Assembly: GCF_009914755.1 (NCBI RefSeq)
Contig: NC_060939.1
DNA from: the human T2T-CHM13v2.0 reference genome, Homo sapiens
Length of the DNA: 64,000 nt
Direction: 5' to 3' (one strand)
This document shows, piece after piece, positions 55,621 to 64,000 of this stretch. The first letter of the stretch is position 1, and every line of letters begins with the position of its first letter. The notes under the pieces are model-generated. The model did no database searches and was not told where the DNA came from. It worked only from the letters and a program-made list of their open reading frames with translations. The position numbers and the translations under genes were made by a program.

Positions 55621-55685
55621 GGAAGGAGTTACCCCAGGAGGTCCTATTTCATTCTAAATGAAGGGTTTAAAAATTATGTTTTTGC

Positions 55686-56719
55686 GGGGGGAGGAGCCAA
55701 GATGGCCGAATAGGAACAGCTCCAGTCTACAGCTCCCAGCGTGAGCGACGCAGAAGACGGGTGATTTCTGCATTTCCAACTGAGGTACCGGGTTCATCTC
55801 ACTGGGGAGTGCCAGACAGTAGGTGCAGAACAGTGGGTGCAGTGCACCGTGCACAAGCCGAAGCAGGGCGAGGCATCGCCTCACCCGGGAAGCACAAGGG
55901 GTCAGGGAATTCCCTTTCCTAGTCAAAGAAAGCGGTGACAGACGGCATCTGGAAAATTGGGTCACTCCCACCCTAATACTGAGCTTTTCCAACGGGCTTA
56001 AAAAATGGCACACCAGAGGATTATATCCTGCACATGGCTCAGAGGGTCCTACGCCCAGAGTCTCGCTCATTGCTAGCACAGCAGTCCGAGATCAAACTGC
56101 AAGGCGGCAGTGAGGCTAGGGGAGGGGTGCCCGCCATTGCCGAGCTAGTTGTTTGATTAGGTAAAAAAAGCGGCCAGGAAGCTCAAACTGGGTGGAGCCC
56201 ACCACACCTCAAGGAGGCCTGCCTGCCTCTGTAGGCTCCACCTCTGGGGGCAGGGCACAGACAAACAAAAAGACAGCAGTAACCTCTGCAAACTTAAATG
56301 TCCCTCTCTGACAGCTTTGAAGAGAGTAGTGGTTCTCCCAGCACACAGCTTGAGATCTGAGAATGGGCAGACTGCCTCCTCAAGTGGGTCCCTGACTCCT
56401 GAGTAGCCTAACTGAGAGGCACCCCCCAGTAGGGGCAGACTGACACCTCACACAGCCAGGTACTCCTCTGAGACAAAACTTCCAGAGGAATGATCAGACA
56501 GCAGCATCTGCAGTTCACCAATATCCGCTGTTCTGCAGCCACCACTGCTGATACCCAGGCAAACAGGGTCTGGAGTGGACCTCTAGCAAACTCCAACAGA
56601 CCTGCAGCTGAGGGTCCTGTCTGTTAGAAGGAAAGCTAACAAACAGAAAGGACATCCACACCAAAAACCCATCTGTACGTCACCATCATCAAAGACCAAA
56701 GGTAAATAAAACCACAAAG
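55686..56719 (+). promoter_or_regulatory. L1 5'UTR internal sense/antisense promoter with YY1 site
   Basis: Intact YY1 motif caagatggcc near 55698-55707; CpG-containing 5'UTR. Confidence 0.8.
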
Positions 56720-57735
56720 ATGGGAAAAAAACAGAGCAGAAAAACTGGAAACTCTAAAAATCAGAGTGCCTCTCCTCCTCCAAAGGAACGCAGCTCCTCA
56801 CCAGCAACGGAACAAAGCTGGACAGAGAATGACTTTGACGAGTTGAGAGAAGAAGGCTTCAGATAATCAAACTACTCCGAGCTACAGAAGGAAATGTGAA
56901 CCAATGGCAAAGAAGTTAAAAGCTTTGAAAAAAAATTAGACGAATGGATAACTATAATAACCAAGGCAGAGAAGTCCTTAAAGGACCTGATGGAGCTGAA
57001 AACCAAGGCACGAGAGCTATGTGACAAACGCACAAGCCTCAGTAGCCAATGCGATCAACTGGAAGAAAGGGTATCAGTGATGGAAGACAAAATGAATGAA
57101 ATGAAGCAAGAAGAGAAGTTTAGAGAAAAAAGAATAAAAAGAAATGAACAAAGCCTCCAAGAAATATGGGACTATGTGAAAAGACAAATCTACGTCTGAT
57201 TGATGTACCTGAAGGTGACGGGGAGAATGGAACCAAGCTGGAAAACACTCTGCAGGATATTATCCAGGAGAACTTCTCCAATCTAGCAAGGAAGGCCAAC
57301 GTTCAAATTCAGGAAATACAGAGAATGCCACAAAGATACTCCTCGAGAAGAGCAACTCCAAGACACATAATTGTCAGATTCACCAAAGTTGAAGTGACGG
57401 AAAAAATGTCAAGGGCAGCCAGAGAGAAAGGTCGGGTTACCCTCAAAGGGAAGCCCATCAGACTAACAGCTGATCTCTCTGCAGAAACTCTACAAGCCAG
57501 AAAAGAGTGGGGACCAATATTCAACATTCTTAAAGAAAACAATTTTCAACCCAGAATCTCATATCCAGCCAAACTAAGCTTCATAAGTGAAGGAGAAATA
57601 AAATACTTTACAGACAAGCAAATGCTGAGAGATTTTGTCACCACCGGGCCTGCCCTACAAGAGCTCCTGAAGGAAGCACTAAACATGGAAAGGAACAACC
57701 GGTACCAGCCACTGCAAAAACATGCCAAAATGTAA
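56720..57735 (+). pseudogene. L1 ORF1p (disrupted)
   Basis: ATG at 56720 (MGKKQSRK). In-frame TAA at 56864-56866, TGA at 56897-56899 and a frameshift near 57185. The C-terminal part is in ORF 57166..57735 (RPTPRHIIVRF-like RRATPRHIIVRF; YPAKLS). Confidence 0.93.
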
Positions 57736-57798
57736 AGACCATCAAGGCTAGGAAGAAACTGCATGAACTAATGAGCAAAATAACCAGCTAACATCATA

Positions 57799-61606
<3,808 letters not shown>

Positions 61607-61899
61607 ACAATGAGAACACACGGACACAGGAAGGGGAACATCACACACCGGGGACTGTTGTGGGGTGGGGGCAGGGGGGAGGGATAGCATTAGGAGATAT
61701 ACCTAATGCTAAATGACGAGTTAACGGGTGCAGCACACCAGCATGTCACATGTATACATATGTAACAAACCTGCACGTTGTGCACATGTACCCTAAAACT
61801 TAAAGTATAATAATAATAAAACTAAAAAAAAAAATTATGTTTTTGACCACGTAATATATACAGACTCTGTGATTGAAATGTATGATTTTTTATTTAATC

Positions 61900-62190
61900 T
61901 TTAAAACAATCCTGTGAAGCTGGTATTTATTTTTATGCTTATTTTTATTTTTTGTTTGTTTATTTTTTATTTCATTTTTTAGATGTAAAAACCAAGATCC
62001 CAAAAGTAAGCTATTTGCCTAAGGTTACACAACAAGTAAGTGGCAGAGCAAAAATTCAAACTTCAAAGACTCTGTGTTTTCTATTTAACTATTCTGTTTC
62101 CCAAAGAGTCACTGAAACTCATGAAGATTAAGTAATTTAGCTAAGATTGCACAGGAAATAACAGAACTAGATTTTAAAATAAGTTCTGGC
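61900..62190 (-). mobile_element. MIR fragments
   Basis: agatgtaaaaaccaagatccc...tttgcctaaggttacacaacaagtaagtggcagagc. Confidence 0.6.
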
Positions 62191-63569
62191 CCTAAAGCCA
62201 CTGTTTTATCCAGTACAGGTGATGATTGACAGCAACAGGTGTATTGCCGGCAGGTGTATCCCTGGGGCCCCCACAATTGGAAGAATATGAGCTCTCTGAG
62301 TGAGGATGCCAAGATACTCATGGCCTTTGAGGCTCTCTGGATGTCCCATGAACATGACGGTGCTCTTTGAATGGTAGATAGTTCTCAATTTAAAAAAAAA
62401 GAAAAGAAAAGAAATGCCCTGCCATTAGATGACTTGACCTAGAAGTTACTCCCTAAAAATTATCCACAGGTCATCCCATCTACCTGGGGCATGGTGTTAT
62501 GGATGTTCCTTGAACACGTAGAGCTGCCTGAGTGTTTGCCCAAAGAGAACATTGGCATCACTCACCTTTGAAATACAAAAGAGAAGCCGTTTGCTTTACT
62601 TAAATCCTGAATCTTTGATCATCCACATCAGGTGTCTTTGATGTTGGCTGCAATCTGTAATTGCTACAAATTAACACAAAGGTAGGAAACAGGTTAAAGA
62701 GGCACGGAGAAATGAAATAAAAGTCTTACATCTGAACACAGGCACCTTTTTTTCTACCCCCTTTCTCCTCCAAAATGAGGCTTGTTCACTGTCTCTTCCT
62801 TCTGCTAGAAGTTTCTTGAACCTATGACTTATCTGCCACATACATTTAATCATTTTAGGGTCCATTTAGACTCTTAAAAGGAGTCTCGAGTATAGTAGGC
62901 CTTCAATAAGTATTTGTTGAATAGATGAGTTAGAGACCTAATTATTAAGTTGATAACCATTGGTTAAATTTCAGGTGCCAAGTCAGTTACAGACTTCCCA
63001 TCCTGACTGCTCACCATGTGGACCAGGGTAACTTCAGCCGGAGAGCAGCATAGGGTGTCCTGATGTCTGGCATGCTGCCTGGTGGGCAATCCTCCATCCA
63101 TTACCCTGTTGGTTCTTCCATTTGGCCATCGGTCCCCAGTCTAGGGAGTGCCAGAGGCCAAGGCAACCAGGAGCAGCTGGGGCACCTCCCAGGCCAGCCT
63201 GTCCCCTTCCTGCCCACACCAACCAGGCAGCCTCTTCCTCCTGCCCACTGCTTGCACCAGCTTCTCTACCCAGAGAGATGACTGCGTGGGCCCTTGGATT
63301 CCACAAGCAACTCAACTCAGGACATTTGATAACCTTAGCCACAGAAGTGAAAAGAGAAAGCAAGGAGAGAGGTGGCGAAGGAGAAAGAGAAAGAGGAAAT
63401 GAAAAACAGACATCAGTTTATAAAGAAAAAGAGTTTCTGAAGAAGAAAAATCAAGGACAAAGTGAGAAACTCTTCCTTCTTACAATGGATACAATGGATT
63501 TTTCCCAAACATGTTAAATTCTTCTCCAGAAACTTGACTGAACTGTGACAAAGAGGTTTTCATGAACTT

Positions 63570-63740
63570 TGGAGGCAGACAGACCTGGTTTGGACTCCTG
63601 GTTCCAGCCTCTGCTTGCCCTGTGGCCTTCACAGCCTCTCTGAAGCCATTTCTTCCCGCCTGTAAAAGAGGAAAATAACCTGTAGAGCAGCTGTGAGAAT
63701 TCAGTGAGAGATTGGGGCTGAAGAGTCACTCAATGAAATA
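63570..63740 (+). mobile_element. MIR SINE
   Basis: tttggaggcagacagacctggtttggactcctggttc...cctctctgaagccatttcttcccgcctgtaaaa. Confidence 0.7.
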
Positions 63741-64000
63741 TTTTTTCCTCTCCTTGCTCTCCCACTAGCCCTTTCCCCTTCCTTTGGTTGGACTTGGTTG
63801 TTTCCATTGTGGATTTGTCTGTTTCCGCTACCTCTCGGAAGCACCTGACCCTGGACTGCAAGCTCAGGAAAGAAATCTACTGATGAGGCCCCCGGTGATT
63901 ATAAGTGATCACAGCCTGAGCGAGCAGTCAGCTGAAGATGTTCCGGGCATACATCTGCCTTCAGTGCTGCAGCTCATCCCAGGAGTCTCGTGAGAGATAA

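Overview
This is primate (human-like) genomic DNA, either intergenic or deep intronic, and it is dominated by transposable elements. I found no recognisable host protein-coding exon, RNA gene or CpG island. Repeats include about 15 Alus (AluJ/S/Y), many old L2, MIR, L1M and L3 fragments, MaLR/ERVL solo LTRs (THE1, MST, MLT1, MLT2) and hAT/Tigger MITEs (MER1B, MER3, MER5, MER20, MER45A, MER58A, Tigger3a). One full-length but inactivated L1PA3/L1PA4-type LINE-1 lies at 55686-61829 (+) with a perfect 16-bp target-site duplication (TSD). The only ORFs with recognisable protein homology are broken pieces of its ORF1/ORF2. The most notable unexplained structure is a non-Alu inverted repeat at about 21970-22637, with ~250-bp arms, ~80% identity and a ~170-nt spacer. 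It could fold into a ~700-nt hairpin and sits directly next to a CpG-retaining unique segment. Repeat names come from my recall of consensus sequences, not from a search. Boundaries of old repeats are approximate.
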